Source: Chiloscyllium plagiosum (lineage: Eukaryota). Taken from it: a stretch of DNA of 64,000 nt. The notes beneath the pieces were generated by a model that saw only the letters and a list, made by a program, of their open reading frames with translations, was not told the DNA's origin and did not search any database. Shown one piece after another: positions 25,905 through 37,923 of this stretch (positions within the stretch are counted from its first letter, which is position 1; each line of letters begins with the position of its first letter). The DNA is taken from the NCBI RefSeq assembly GCF_004010195.1, contig NC_057754.1, positions 4,177,937-4,241,936 of the forward strand, read 5' to 3'. The position numbers and the translations under genes were made by a program.

Positions 25905-27122
25905 CAACCTTTTATGCTGTTCGAATTGTTGTTCTCTTTGATGTTTATTCCAGTTGACACCTTCTATTCTTTTCACTCTGATTTGTATCTCACTTCTGTT
26001 GCTCCAGTATCAAGGTGAAGGCTGTCGTTCTCCCTCCAACTTGCTTGATTCCCCCTTCCAAAAGTAGATTAACTAGTTATTCATCAGAATGCCGATAGTA
26101 GAATGGCATAATAACTATTACTGTACATCTGATTCTTGTATAAGAAGAGTTTTAAGGTATTTCTGAGATGCAAGGCGCTGTAAAAATGTCCCTGTCGCTG
26201 GTGAGTGACTTGGAAGGGAACTTGCAGGGGATAGTGTTCCTGTGTTCTGCTACCCTTGTCCTTCAGCTGGATGTGGTTATGTATTTAGAAGATTCTGGAA
26301 GTGCTAGTTTCCCTCACGCTCAAGTGATAGTTATTATATTTATTTCCTTCGATTAGTTTGTAATTTTGGAATGCTGTTAGTATCTTTGTAAATACCGATG
26401 CAAAGTATTAATCAAATCCTCAGCCGTTTCCTGGTTCTGCATTATTATTTCTCTGTGAACATTCTCTGCGAGGCCAATGTTCTTTGGCTTCCCACTTTTT
26501 ATATATCTAATGAAGCTCTTGCTGTCCATTGTGATACTAAATACTGACATGCCAATCTACTTATACGCTTCAGATATTAGTTATGGTGTCATTCTGGTAT
26601 CAGAAGGCTGAAAATTCAAACTGCAGTACAGGACAATACTGAAGGAGCACTGCACTTTTGGATGTACTGCAATTCAGTTGAGGTGTTAAACTCTGTCTGC
26701 TTTCTTGAGTGAATGTGACATTTAAGCTCTCTAGTGGCAGTAGTAATTTTTTTAACATTTAACTTGCGTTGTCTTGTACTTCAGAGTCAGATGTTTCCTA
26801 ACGGATTTAAGTTGAAGCTAACAGACCACCAACTTTTTATGCTGTTCAAATTGTTGTTCTCTTTGATGTTTATTCCAGCTGACACCTTCCATTCTTTTCA
26901 CTCTGATTTGCTCCTCACTTCTGTATCAAAATTAAGGCTATTAAGTCATCCTCCAAATTGATTGATTCCTCCTTCCAAAACTAGATTAATTAGATTATGC
27001 GCTAGAATGCCAATAGTAGAATGGCATAACAACTGTCACTGTACATCTGATTCTTGAATAAGAAAAGGCTTAAGATGTTTCTAAGATGGAAAGCTGCTGT
27101 AAAAATTTCCCCGGAGCTGGTG
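25905..27122. repeat. Dispersed duplication of about 300 bp (25905-26203 vs 26830-27122) inside the U12 intron
   Basis: Shared ttgttgttctctttgatgtttattccag and actgtacatctgattcttg blocks. Confidence 0.8.
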
Positions 27123-27265
27123 TTCTTGAGGGACAATTATGACCCTTTAACAGGACAGCTATTCCCCTTTTTCTGAATGTGGTAAGGTATGGAATGGGAA
27201 TTATAAGTAGCGTCGGCATTAAATGGTTAACATTCTCTGGTCTTAATTCCTTAACATCATTGCAC

Positions 27266-27330
27266 GGCCATACATTGTCTACATGTTGCGAGACATTGAT
27301 ATCTTGGAGGACTGGACTGCAATTAAAAAG
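27266..27330 (+). CDS. BRMS1: BRMS1 coding exon 7
   Basis: AC|..|GTAAAC; GPYIVYMLRDIDILEDWTAIKK. Confidence 0.95.
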
Positions 27331-28507
27331 GTAAACTCTGCTGTGGATCACTGTACCTATATGTCAATTGTCTGCAATACTTTGGCACTCTCTCCACTCA
27401 CTTCCCTTTCTCTGCAGTTGCTCCCATTTCCTTTTGCATGTTTCCTTTTCTGTTATGCTTTCAATTGCCTGGACTTTGTTATTTCACATTTCCAGCTATC
27501 CTCAGCAGCTTTTTAATCTGTACGTTTTTCATTCCCTTCATGCTTCAAGTTTGCTGTACTCTCCCTGGCAACTTACCTCATCCATTTTGTGCTTACCAAG
27601 TTTTGATGTCCTCACTTTCCCATCCCTCTCTAGTTCCTAGCCCTCTGCGCTCCTAAATCTTCGCATTCTCTGTTCCAGCCCAGGTCTTGAAGAGTTCTGC
27701 GCGATTTATGCGTTAAGTGGGCAGGACCAGGGTCTGTCTTTGTTTGGAGGGCGTGTGGTGTAGTTCAGCAGTGCGGGAGACTATACAGAATCACTGGGTG
27801 AGGTGGGTTTTACAAGACTGTTCCACTGATAGGGAGTCTCCCTTGCTATAACACCTGTTATGAATTTGATTCTGCCCTACCTGTGATAATCCAAATAGAT
27901 TTCCAGCAATTGCTGCAAGATCATGAAATGTGCATATTCTTCACTGGTGTTGAGAGGAGCTGGGACATTTTGGATTCCACCGTAGTCCCATTGCAGTTCC
28001 TGATCAGTTATCTCAGTGATGCTTTTTCCACATGTACAGAGATGCTGAGTTTGCCATCCTGCTGCAGGATGTTGTGTAAAACCAGCAATAAAGCTTACTG
28101 CGACTCGTTTGCCCTCTTCAAGTGGTGTGGAGTTCACATTTGCGAAGCATGTGACTAAGTGTGCTGACATTGCAATGCAGCAGAAATTGTAGTCCTAGTT
28201 TTGAAGTTGTTAAGGTTTATTGGAAACCTTTACTGCCCTGATGAGTTCCAGAAAAACCATGTCACCATTGTGTCTTTCTGTTCTCTCTTGCGCCGAGCTA
28301 GACAACCTAATAAAGATGCTTTTGTGCAATCAGTTTACTTGTGCGTTGCTAACTGCATTTTTATAGTTGGAGGTGTTTTTGACTGTGGGTGGGCCCGTGT
28401 CTTGATGTTGCTGGTAGAAGCAGTTGAGGTTATGCATTGAGTAGCCTGTCAGTGTTGATGAGTAGAAAGATATGGCAGGTATATGATAAATCTTTATTTT
28501 CTTTTAG

Positions 28508-28547
28508 GCAAAAGCAGTTGTCGCCCAGCAAAAGAGAAAATCAGATG
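28508..28547 (+). CDS. BRMS1: BRMS1 coding exon 8
   Basis: ttttag|..|GTAAGT; AKAVVAQQKRKSD (compare human BRMS1 ARAAVSPQKRKSD). Confidence 0.9.
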
Positions 28548-28708
28548 GTAAGTGAGGCAATTTCATTGGGCCTTGCCAAATATGTGCAGTAAGTCCTTCA
28601 CAAAACTCAACATCAGAGACTGTGAAATTGGGAAAGTCCAAGCTTCTACAGGCTGCATAGAGGAAAGATGACTATGCATAAATCTCACTCTACTATTTCG
28701 CTCCCCAG

Positions 28709-28774
28709 GTACAGGTACTGAAGCAGCCCATGGTAAGAAGGCAAAGACCTCATCTCAAGTGCTAAATGACACAG
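28709..28774 (+). CDS. BRMS1: BRMS1 putative cassette exon (66 nt, phase 1-1)
   Basis: ctccccag|..|GTGAGT; open in frame: GTGTEAAHGKKAKTSSQVLNDT. Confidence 0.6.
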
Positions 28775-29694
28775 GTGAGTAGAAATATTAGGCTTTTTCC
28801 TCAATCTTCACCTTGCACTTGCTTTCTGTCTCCCTTTTCTTGAACTCAATGTTCTCCTTGCTCTTCAGTCTACCTCTTTCCTCTCTTCCAGCATTATTTT
28901 TCTTTCCCTAGTCTCAAAGTACTCCTAAATAAGCATTCATATAGGGCAAAAGTCCCATATGTCTGTATCTTTTTGAGTGAATTGACCCTGCCCTACTTGA
29001 TTCCTCATTGCAAGGCCCAACCCTACCTTCTTTCTTGGTCACACAACTCTTTTAGTCCAGTTAGCCCTGGCTGTGCCTATTTTGTGTACGGTTCAGAATT
29101 GAATGTGACACTCCTGTGATGTTTTGAGATGTGGTAAACATATTCCTTATTGCAAGTTGTAGTCATGTAGTCCAGAAAACATTTTGTTACTTTCTTGATC
29201 CCATTGTTACCATCTCCTTCAGTGTTCTTGTGTCTTTTCCTGGAAACTTATTCCACAATTTTTTCCCCCCTTTAATTAGAAATACAGTTGTGAAACCTGA
29301 TTGGGCCCACCCCTGTCTGACCTGATTTCGTTTTCCCTGTCAAGCATCTCTCTTTTAAGATTGGCAATGTTGTGTGGAATTAAGGGCAGATTGTCTTCCT
29401 AATTTTCCATCGTGCCAACCCTGTTGATAATCCTGTGTCCATTTTGCAATGCTGGCACCACAGTGGACAACCTCCAAGTTAGCACAAACTTATTCTGTAT
29501 TAGGGATCAGAGCTGAATGAGACTCAATTTCTACCTAATGTCCGAAAAACAGAGGAGTCCTCTCTCCCTATCAATACTGCTCTCTGTGTGTCACAGTTAA
29601 TACAAACTATTTTTCAAAGTAGAGTTTGTGGTAATCTGTCAGTCATAATAAAAATCTTTCGCAAAGATCTTTCACAGCTTAAGAGTATGCAGAA

Positions 29695-29853
29695 ATAGTG
29701 AAGGCGGCATTTGGTATGCTTTCCTTTATTGGTCAGAGTATTGAGTACAGGAGTTGGGAGGTCATGTTGCGCCTGTACAGGACATTGGTTAGGCCACTGT
29801 TGGAATATTGCGTGCAATTCTGGTCTCCTTTTTATCGGAAAGATGTTGTGAAA
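29695..29853 (+). mobile_element. Short young CR1 internal fragment
   Basis: KAAFGMLSFIGQSIEYRSWEVMLRLYRTLVRPLLEYCVQFWSP. Confidence 0.85.
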
Positions 29854-30089
29854 GTGTGCCAAGGAATTTCTTGTCTGATTTCAAAATGCTGTCCTGTTAA
29901 AAAATTGACAGAGCCATAGCCAATGAACCAGACACGCTGTAATGGTTACTAAAGCATTGATTTCTGGCTGTCATTCATTTTGCTTGGTAACCAAAATTAA
30001 CCCTGTAGCAAAAATGAGAAAAGAGACTCTGAGGAAATACAGACAGAGAGGGAGAGAATAGAAGAATTTAGAGTCTGTTCTCTCCACAG

Positions 30090-30216
30090 CTCTACCTAAA
30101 CAGGAAAAACATTTGTACTTGGCCAAGTGTGAAGATGGAAGATTATTCTATGAGGGAGACTGGTACAGCAAGGGGCAGAGCATCATACTGGAGATAAAGG
30201 ATGAAGCACCCTCACA
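30090..30216 (+). CDS. BRMS1: BRMS1 penultimate coding exon (C-terminal domain, part 1)
   Basis: ccacag|..|GTAAGC; ALPKQEKHLYLAKCEDGRLFYEGDWYSKGQSIILEIKDEAPS. Confidence 0.9.
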
Positions 30217-31062
30217 GTAAGCACTTTTGCATTCTATATCTCTGTTTGTTTTTCTCACTTTCTTCTCATCCCTCACAGGTTGCTTAATTCTACATGTGTG
30301 AAGCTGAACACTGTCAGCAAACGTATTCATGAGGAGAGGGAGCTGAGAGTGATCCTGTCCATACTCCTGACTGATTTCACCCATCACTAACCCAGAGCCC
30401 ACTGAGGGCAGTTGTAATGGAGATCAGCTAACTTGACACAAGTTTTGTTTCCACATTTGACACTGCAGTTCCCAGCTGCTTTGCTGAGACAGAAGAAGTT
30501 GTCTTCAGTAATCAAATATGTTATTTGGTGCTTTACGAATTTGCTGTTTGTCAGTATAAAACCTCTTTCATCTCAGGGGATTGAATCTTAGAGCAACACT
30601 TATGACATTTTACCCACTGAACACACCTCTACATGCATTATTTACAGCACAGGTTGATGGGCCTTCAAGAGAACCAGATACTTGTGTTTTTGTTTCCTGG
30701 GTCTGAAAGTCCCAGCTTCGATAGCCCTGCAGTTGGATGCAACCCACCTGGCTAAGGCTAAAATCAGCCATGACTTTTGTTCCTGATCCCTGACCAACCT
30801 CTGGAAGATTCATGTGAATTGTGGCTGAGGGAGAGGATAAGGGTGGACTGAGATGCTCTCCATAGTGGCAATACCTGCTGATACTCCTTGTGTGCGTTAT
30901 GGTTCTGGAGGATTGATAGCTGTTTTTGTAGAGCTGTAACCCACCATATAAACCAGAGGCCTTCCTGGCTGATGTGAACCAAACCTGATAGGACAGTTCA
31001 GGTATTGGATTGGGTTGATGGAAAGTCTTCTGCCCCACTAGGGTTAGGGCATAGCCACCACT

Positions 31063-32392
31063 TAGAGTCATAGAGATGTACAGCATGGAAACAGACCCTT
31101 CGGTCCAACCCGTCCATGCTGACCAGACATCCCAACCCAATCTAGTCCCACCTGCCAGCACCCGGCCCATATCCCTCCAAACCCTTCCTATTCATATACC
31201 CATCCAAATGCCTCTTAANNNNNNNNNNNNNNNNNNNNNNNNNNNNNNNNNNNNNNNNNNNNNNNNNNNNNNNNNNNNNNNNNNNNNNNNNNNNNNNNNN
31301 NNNNNNNNNNNNNNNNNNNNNNNNNNNNNNNNNNNNNNNNNNNNNNNNNNNNNNNNNNNNNNNNNNNNNNNNNNNNNNNNNNNNNNNNNNNNNNNNNNNN
31401 NNNNNNNNNNNNNNNNNNNNNNNNNNNNNNNNNNNNNNNNNNNNNNNNNNNNNNNNNNNNNNNNNNNNNNNNNNNNNNNNNNNNNNNNNNNNNNNNNNNN
31501 NNNNNNNNNNNNNNNNNNNNNNNNNNNNNNNNNNNNNNNNNNNNNNNNNNNNNNNNNNNNNNNNNNNNNNNNNNNNNNNNNNNNNNNNNNNNNNNNNNNN
31601 NNNNNNNNNNNNNNNNNNNNNNNNNNNNNNNNNNNNNNNNNNNNNNNNNNNNNNNNNNNNNNNNNNNNNNNNNNNNNNNNNNNNNNNNNNNNNNNNNNNN
31701 NNNNNNNNNNNNNNNNNNNNNNNNNNNNNNNNNNNNNNNNNNNNNNNNNNNNNNNNNNNNNNNNNNNNNNNNNNNNNNNNNNNNNNNNNNNNNNNNNNNN
31801 NNNNNNNNNNNNNNNNNNNNNNNNNNNNNNNNNNNNNNNNNNNNNNNNNNNNNNNNNNNNNNNNNNNNNNNNNNNNNNNNNNNNNNNNNNNNNNNNNNNN
31901 NNNNNNNNNNNNNNNNNNNNNNNNNNNNNNNNNNNNNNNNNNNNNNNNNNNNNNNNNNNNNNNNNNNNNNNNNNNNNNNNNNNNNNNNNNNNNNNNNNNN
32001 NNNNNNNNNNNNNNNNNNNNNNNNNNNNNNNNNNNNNNNNNNNNNNNNNNNNNNNNNNNNNNNNNNNNNNNNNNNNNNNNNNNNNNNNNNNNNNNNNNNN
32101 NNNNNTTGCTTTCCCAAAATGCAGTACGTCGCATTTATCTGAATTAAACTCCATCTGCCACTTCTCAGCCCATTGGCCCATCTGGTCCAGATCCTGTTGT
32201 AATCTGAGGTAACCCTCTTCGCTGTCCACTACACCTCCAATTTTGGTGTCATCTGCAAACTTACTAACTGTACCTCTTATACTCGCATCCAAATCATTTA
32301 TATAAATGACAAAAAGTAGAGGTCCCAGCACCGATCCTAGTGGCACTCAACTGTTCACAGGCCTCCAGTCTGAAAAACAACCCTCCATCACT
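31063..32392 (-). mobile_element. Young CR1 LINE spanning gap 31219-32105
   Basis: RT motif PLGSVLGPLLFVIYINDLD...KFADDTK. Confidence 0.9.
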
Positions 32393-32493
32393 TATGCTAT
32401 ATTTTGTGTATTGCAATCAATCCTAAAGCCTGTTAACTGACCTGATCATCTTTGTTGAATCTTAATGACAAATGTAATTCTTTTCTCCATTAG

Positions 32494-32611
32494 TGCAACA
32501 ATTACGGCTGTCAGCACAGGAGAGGTCTGGCTCCGCAGGTTAGATGGCAGCAAAACCAAATTGTACGTCAGCCAGCTTCAGAAAGGGAAATATTCTATCC
32601 ACAAGGCATGA
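32494..32611 (+). CDS. BRMS1: BRMS1 last coding exon
   Basis: cattag|; [42 protein letters not shown] 32609-32611. Confidence 0.92.
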
Positions 32612-33206
32612 CCTTTGACAGGGACCCTCTACCATCGAGGAAAAGCTTATACCTGCAAAAACAGATTATATAAAACGAAAAAGTACTTTTTGATTAGCAG
32701 CCTTCTACCTGGGGTATACGTGGAAGACTGGCACTAAGGAAACTCAGTGCAACTTCGTTATGGAGCTTGGCAAAATGATTGCCAAAGTTTAAAGACCATG
32801 AGCAAATCAGATTCCCACTTGTGCTTCTAGAGGGAACAAAGTTTGGCAAAACAACCAGCTTTGCAGAGGCTGGTTAAACAGAAGACCCACCCCCCCAACA
32901 TCCCATGCCTCCTTTCCAGATTGCTCATAAAATTCATGAGTGGTGAAACCAAGAGAATATCTTAGCACTTTCTCTTATCTTTTCTTTTGGTGACCTACTC
33001 TGCACTAAGACTCAAATCTGTGTGTGGCATGAACTACAGAGTAATTAAAAATACTAGTTGGAGCCTGTATCCAAATGGTGCTTTATGAATTTGAGTTACA
33101 TGGCAAAGCTCAACTGTGGATACTGCTTGCAATTGTACAGCACTTTTTAAAAACCGGACCGACTCTGAACTGGAGTCCTAAGCACTAAACCATGGAGATT
33201 GTGTAG

Positions 33207-33267
33207 AATAAAAAGTTTATTTCAAATCTGTTGAAGCTTTAAAAAATAAGACATCTATGAAAATAAA
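33207..33267 (+). terminator. BRMS1 polyadenylation signals (AATAAA at 33207 and 33262)
   Basis: Two canonical hexamers about 600 nt after the stop codon. Confidence 0.6.
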
Positions 33268-35863
33268 TATTTGACACGAAGGCTGCTCTCAGTTCTTATT
33301 TCAGTTGAATTACCTCTCTTGAAGTGCACAGTCTCTTTTGCTATATATTCCCTCACTCTTCCAATGTTCCAGGCTAGGGATAGGGCAATCACCTAATATT
33401 CCTGTTTCCTGTCTCAGTCAGTGACTCCTGCTTAATATGTGCAGATATCACTTGAGAATAGATGTGGCTGTGGTGTCCTCACCATTGAATAGCCTGCAAA
33501 GATGCACAGCAAATCACGTGAAGAATTGACTTGGGTGAGGCATGCACCTTTAAAGCTGTCAGCAACTTCATAATGGGAGGTCAAAGAAAGGAAGTGATAT
33601 TCCCTTGGTGCAGTGACATTCAGCACCACGGAGAGGGCATGGTGCAGATTAATTCTGCATCAAGAACTGCTGTAATTCTCAGCTGGTGTTCAGATAAGGA
33701 TGTTCACAGCATGTGGAATCCAGTTGTCATAGACTAATCTGGGAGCAGAGAAACTTCCTGTAGACTGTACTTGCACTGTTAATTCTGATGAGTTATCTAG
33801 ACTCGACATTAACTTGCTTTCTTTCCATGGATGCTGCCTGACCTACTTTGATCTCCAACATTTAATTGTTTTCAGTATGGATTCAAGTGTCTGTAGTAAT
33901 TTGTTCTTAAAACAGAAGTGACTTGGTACATTGGAATTGTGTACAGTAGGAGTAAGTGGAAAGGTCGATCCATATCAGTATGGGAAAAGGGAATGGGGAT
34001 GGCTTGGATTTATTCTGACTTTGACCAACATGGTTCATAATCATTGGCATTCTTTCAATTAGTTTAGATTACTTATAGTGTGGAAACAGGCTCTTCGGCC
34101 CAACAAGTCCACACCGAAGCGCAACCCACCCAGGCCCGTTCCCCTACATTTACCCCCTCACCTAATACTATGGGCAATTTTGCATGGCCAATTCACTTAA
34201 CCTGCACATTTTTAGATTGTGGGAGGAAACCCGGAGTTATTTAGGTGAGTTTGATAATAGCGGGGTTATAGCATCTGCAGATCTAAAAATTACAAGGACG
34301 GTAGGAAAGCTTTTCTCTTTTTAGGGAAAGATGCATCTAAAAGGACGGTAGGAATTTCAAATCCATCCTTTCCAATGCAATAGATGTGTCAAAGTATTTT
34401 AAGAAAGGGAGCTCTCTCACTGAGTTTACTTTAATGTCTTTTTTAGGCAGGGTATTAACAAGAGATGAGTGAATAACTTTTCTTGCCTCCAGTATTTCTC
34501 TCTCCTTTGCACCTTTTTAATTACCTTCTTGATCTATGGATCCCCTTGAAACTGTTGTTTATTTTACTGTTGTGCCTTATCTTTGTCAAACTGTGCTGGC
34601 AACTGTCCAGAGAACTTTGGGGTAGACTTAATGGAGCATGCATGCGTGTGCACGCAGTGCCTCCCTGTGTGATGTTACAATTCCGTATTCTTTGCCATAT
34701 CCTACTTTGTGTTCCTCTTAACTGTGCTTTAGACCATGCACTGGCACTGTAGGGAACAATTAAACTTGGCAGATGAAATCTTAAATTGATACTAGGTTTT
34801 GGGGTTAATTTTGTGTGAATCCCAATATACTTGGGAGGCTGAATGCCAAATGAAATAAAAAAACTTGGCCTTGATTGAGGTGACTCGCCATTTTGCCAAT
34901 TCTCTCAATTGTTCTCGGACACATCATGTCTGATAGCTTTCTAAAGGATTCAGTTCACCTAGTGCCACTTCCTATAGCCCTGCAATTCTTTCCTTTCCAA
35001 ATAATTATTCAGTTCTCTCCTGAAGGCTTTAATTGAACCTTCACCACTCTGTGTATTCCAGATCCTAATTGCACGTAAAGTTTTTTTTCTCGTCACCATT
35101 ATTTCTTTTGCCTGTCACATTAAATATGTACCCTCATGTTCTTGATCCTACCTCCAATGCAAACTGTTTTTCCCTTCTACTATGTCCAGACCTCTGACAT
35201 CTACTAAACCTAAATTAATTTCTACTTTGCGCGCCAAACTTTGTTGAGGAAGTGCCTTCTTGCTGCACATCAACTGGTTGGCTGGTAAGTTCATTTCTTT
35301 TTATTAATTATCTACATCACAGTTCAGTCTGAAGTGGTGGCTTCCAGGCAGATCCCACTCCAGCTCTACCATTTCAATAGCTGTTGGTACACTCAATATG
35401 GCAGTTGATGTAAGTACATCTGCTGCCACATACTGAAGTTGCCAGTCTTGAATCTCTTTCTGGTTGACGAGTGCCTGCATATTTAAATCTCCTCGAGATA
35501 AAGATACATGTCACCACATTGAGTGTCCTGCAGTTCTTTGGTTTATCCTATAAACAATAGTGTCCATGTTTTCTAAGTAGCCGCCATATTGAGTGTGTCA
35601 AATCCCACTTTTCTTTTAGAAAACACAATCAATATAAAAGACAAATTGGACAAATAAACTCCACGAACTGTGGGTATGAAATGGGATAACAGTAAAATTA
35701 GGTGTCTTTCCCATTTTTTTTCAAAATATTAAATGGTGTTTCCAAAAATTAAAACAGGTATTTTCAATGTTAATATTTGATAAGTATTTCCTTTTGAGGA
35801 TTGGCAGGCCAAAATATGGACGACGAGGATAATCTTTTGTTGATGCGTTGCCCGCCCTGCGGC

Positions 35864-36015
35864 CTAACTCATCTTCCGGCGTATGCAGATGTTGTGGCGC
35901 CTCGTAGGCACAAAGCCCTGATAGCAGGTACACCGGTACGATCCAATGGTATTTATGCAACGTGCATTCTTGCAGAGGAACCGCTTGCGATGTAACTCAC
36001 GACATTCATTGATAT
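35864..36015 (-). CDS. LTBP3: LTBP3 last coding exon (cbEGF)
   Basis: ccag|; DINECRELHRKRFLCKNARCINTIGSYRCTCYQGFVPTRRHNICIRRKMS*. Confidence 0.92.
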
Positions 36016-37084
36016 CTGGCAGTCAAAGAGCAATTAAGTCAGTGACTAAGTGTCAAGGACTACACTCTGTCAATGGTACTGTACAAACACTAAATAAATT
36101 CCCTCCAGCTGATAATCTTTTAAAACCGGAGGCCAGTGGTCCTGTATACCCTGTTTAGTGTAGGATTGGTGGAGTAGGAAGCCTTACTTTTACCAAGTCC
36201 TAGTAGACAGTCAGTTATTGAGTATTCCAGTGTCGTTTTCCATATCCAGAACTGCTTTTTTTACACGATTGAATGGTTACCGGGGTGATTTAGTGATGGG
36301 TAGAACAATGTGGTTTTAAATCCCATAAAATATTAGCAATGCTGGATGGGAAAACCTGTTTGTACTCTGATCAGAATTTGAACAACTAGGACATGTGGGA
36401 GTGGTGGTGGTGTGGGGGTTTCATCTCAGAAAGACCCCTCTACTGCCTTGAAGGATTCGATGTGAAATGGTGTCCCAGGCTGTGTTAATCTAATCATTCT
36501 TCGGGGCACTCTCATCTGGAATTGGCAATTATTAAACATTATTGTGATGCACTCAAACATAAGCATTCGGAACAGGAGTAGGCCACTCGCCTCTTCAGGT
36601 CATTTAGTAGTGTCAAGGTTAATCTGATTTTAATCTCAATTTCACATTCCTACAACATCCAACCTTTCATCTCTTGATTATCAAGTGTCTGTATACCTCT
36701 GCTTTTAAAATATTCAAAGATTCTGCATCTTGAGGAAGAGAGAGTTCTAAAGATTCTTATCTCTGTCTTTAAATGGGTGGCCCTCTGATTCTACACTCTC
36801 CTACCATCTCTTTCCACAGCAATTTTGCTCTCCTAAACTTGAAATAGTTATAAGTTTGTCTAACCTTGTCTCACAAGATAACCTGCTCAATCCAGTTATT
36901 AGTCTAGTGGATTAAAGTTTGCAGGAACACAGAGTAATAGATAACCTAACAATATTATTGTCTATTGGGAGGAGAAACTGGGGTATTCTTGAGTATTATG
37001 ACATAGTATTGGTCTCCTTATTTAAGAAAGAATGCAAATGTACTGGAAGCAATTCAGAGGTTTAGTAGACTAGTATCTGGAATG

Positions 37085-37290
37085 AAAACAGGAGTTGCTG
37101 GAAAAGCTTAGTAAGTCTGGCAACATCTGTGCAGAGAAATACGTTAACATTTAGGGTCGTCAGAACTGGACCCGAAACATTAACTCTAATTTCTCTTCAT
37201 GGATGCTGCCAGACATGCTGAGTATTTCCATCAACTTCTGCTTTTGTTTCCAATTTACAGTATCTGCCATTCTTTCGGTTTTTATTTATT
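37085..37290. mobile_element. Fold-back PLE-derived insertion in a CR1 fragment, 14-bp TSD
   Basis: TSD tagtatctggaatg at 37071-37084 and 37291-37304; inverted arms centred near 37165. Confidence 0.75.
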
Positions 37291-37923
37291 TAGTATCTGG
37301 AATGGGTAGGTTGTCTTACGTGGAAAAGTTAGACAGACTAGGCTCGTATCCTTGAATTTAGAAGAGGAGGAGGTGATTTGATTGAAGCATGCAAGATGCT
37401 GAAGGGTTCTGATAAAGTGGATGTGGAGAGGATGTTTCACCTTGTGGGTTGCCCGAGTTCTCCCATGATTCCTAAACACCAACCCCATTTTAAAGTAGAG
37501 ATGGATGAGGAGAATTGTTTTTTCTGAAGATCGTGAATCTTCGGAACTTTCCTCCTTAAAAGGGCATGTAAGCAGAATCTATGAATATTTTTAAGACAGG
37601 TAGATAGATTATTGATAAAAGGGTGGGCATAAATATGAAATCAAATCAGCCATGATCTTATTGAATAACCCATCAACCTCCAAGGGCCAAGTGACCTACT
37701 TCTCCCAATCCTAATATTTAGCAGGAGCTTTATTTTTTATCTCACATTGCTACCCCCCGTAGTGGGTTAGTTTAATAGAGTGGTGTATTATGCATTCAGG
37801 TATTTTAATAGTTTCACTTGATGCTTGAGTCTGAAAAGCATGCTATATCCCGTGTAAACTTAGATAAAACAGGAAACGATCACCATTTTTACAAGTATTG
37901 TTATGCATCCGTGTTATACAGAC

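Larger units (their letters stand above)
22582..27265 (+). other. BRMS1: U12-type (minor spliceosome) AT-AC intron of BRMS1
   Basis: 5' site ATATCCTT at 22582, branch site TTCCTTAAC 27247-27255, 3' site AC 27264-27265; splicing restores VS-G-PYIVYML in frame. Confidence 0.92.

Noticed and set aside
31076..32346. Long ORFs of 300-384 aa
   Set aside because: Artefacts of the N gap within a CR1 element; the same holds for ORFs at 18567-19139 and 55344-56030
18318..32611. Assignment as BRMS1L
   Set aside because: EWW, EDWTAIKK and KRKSD motifs and linkage to LTBP3 fit BRMS1 better, although a phylogeny is still needed
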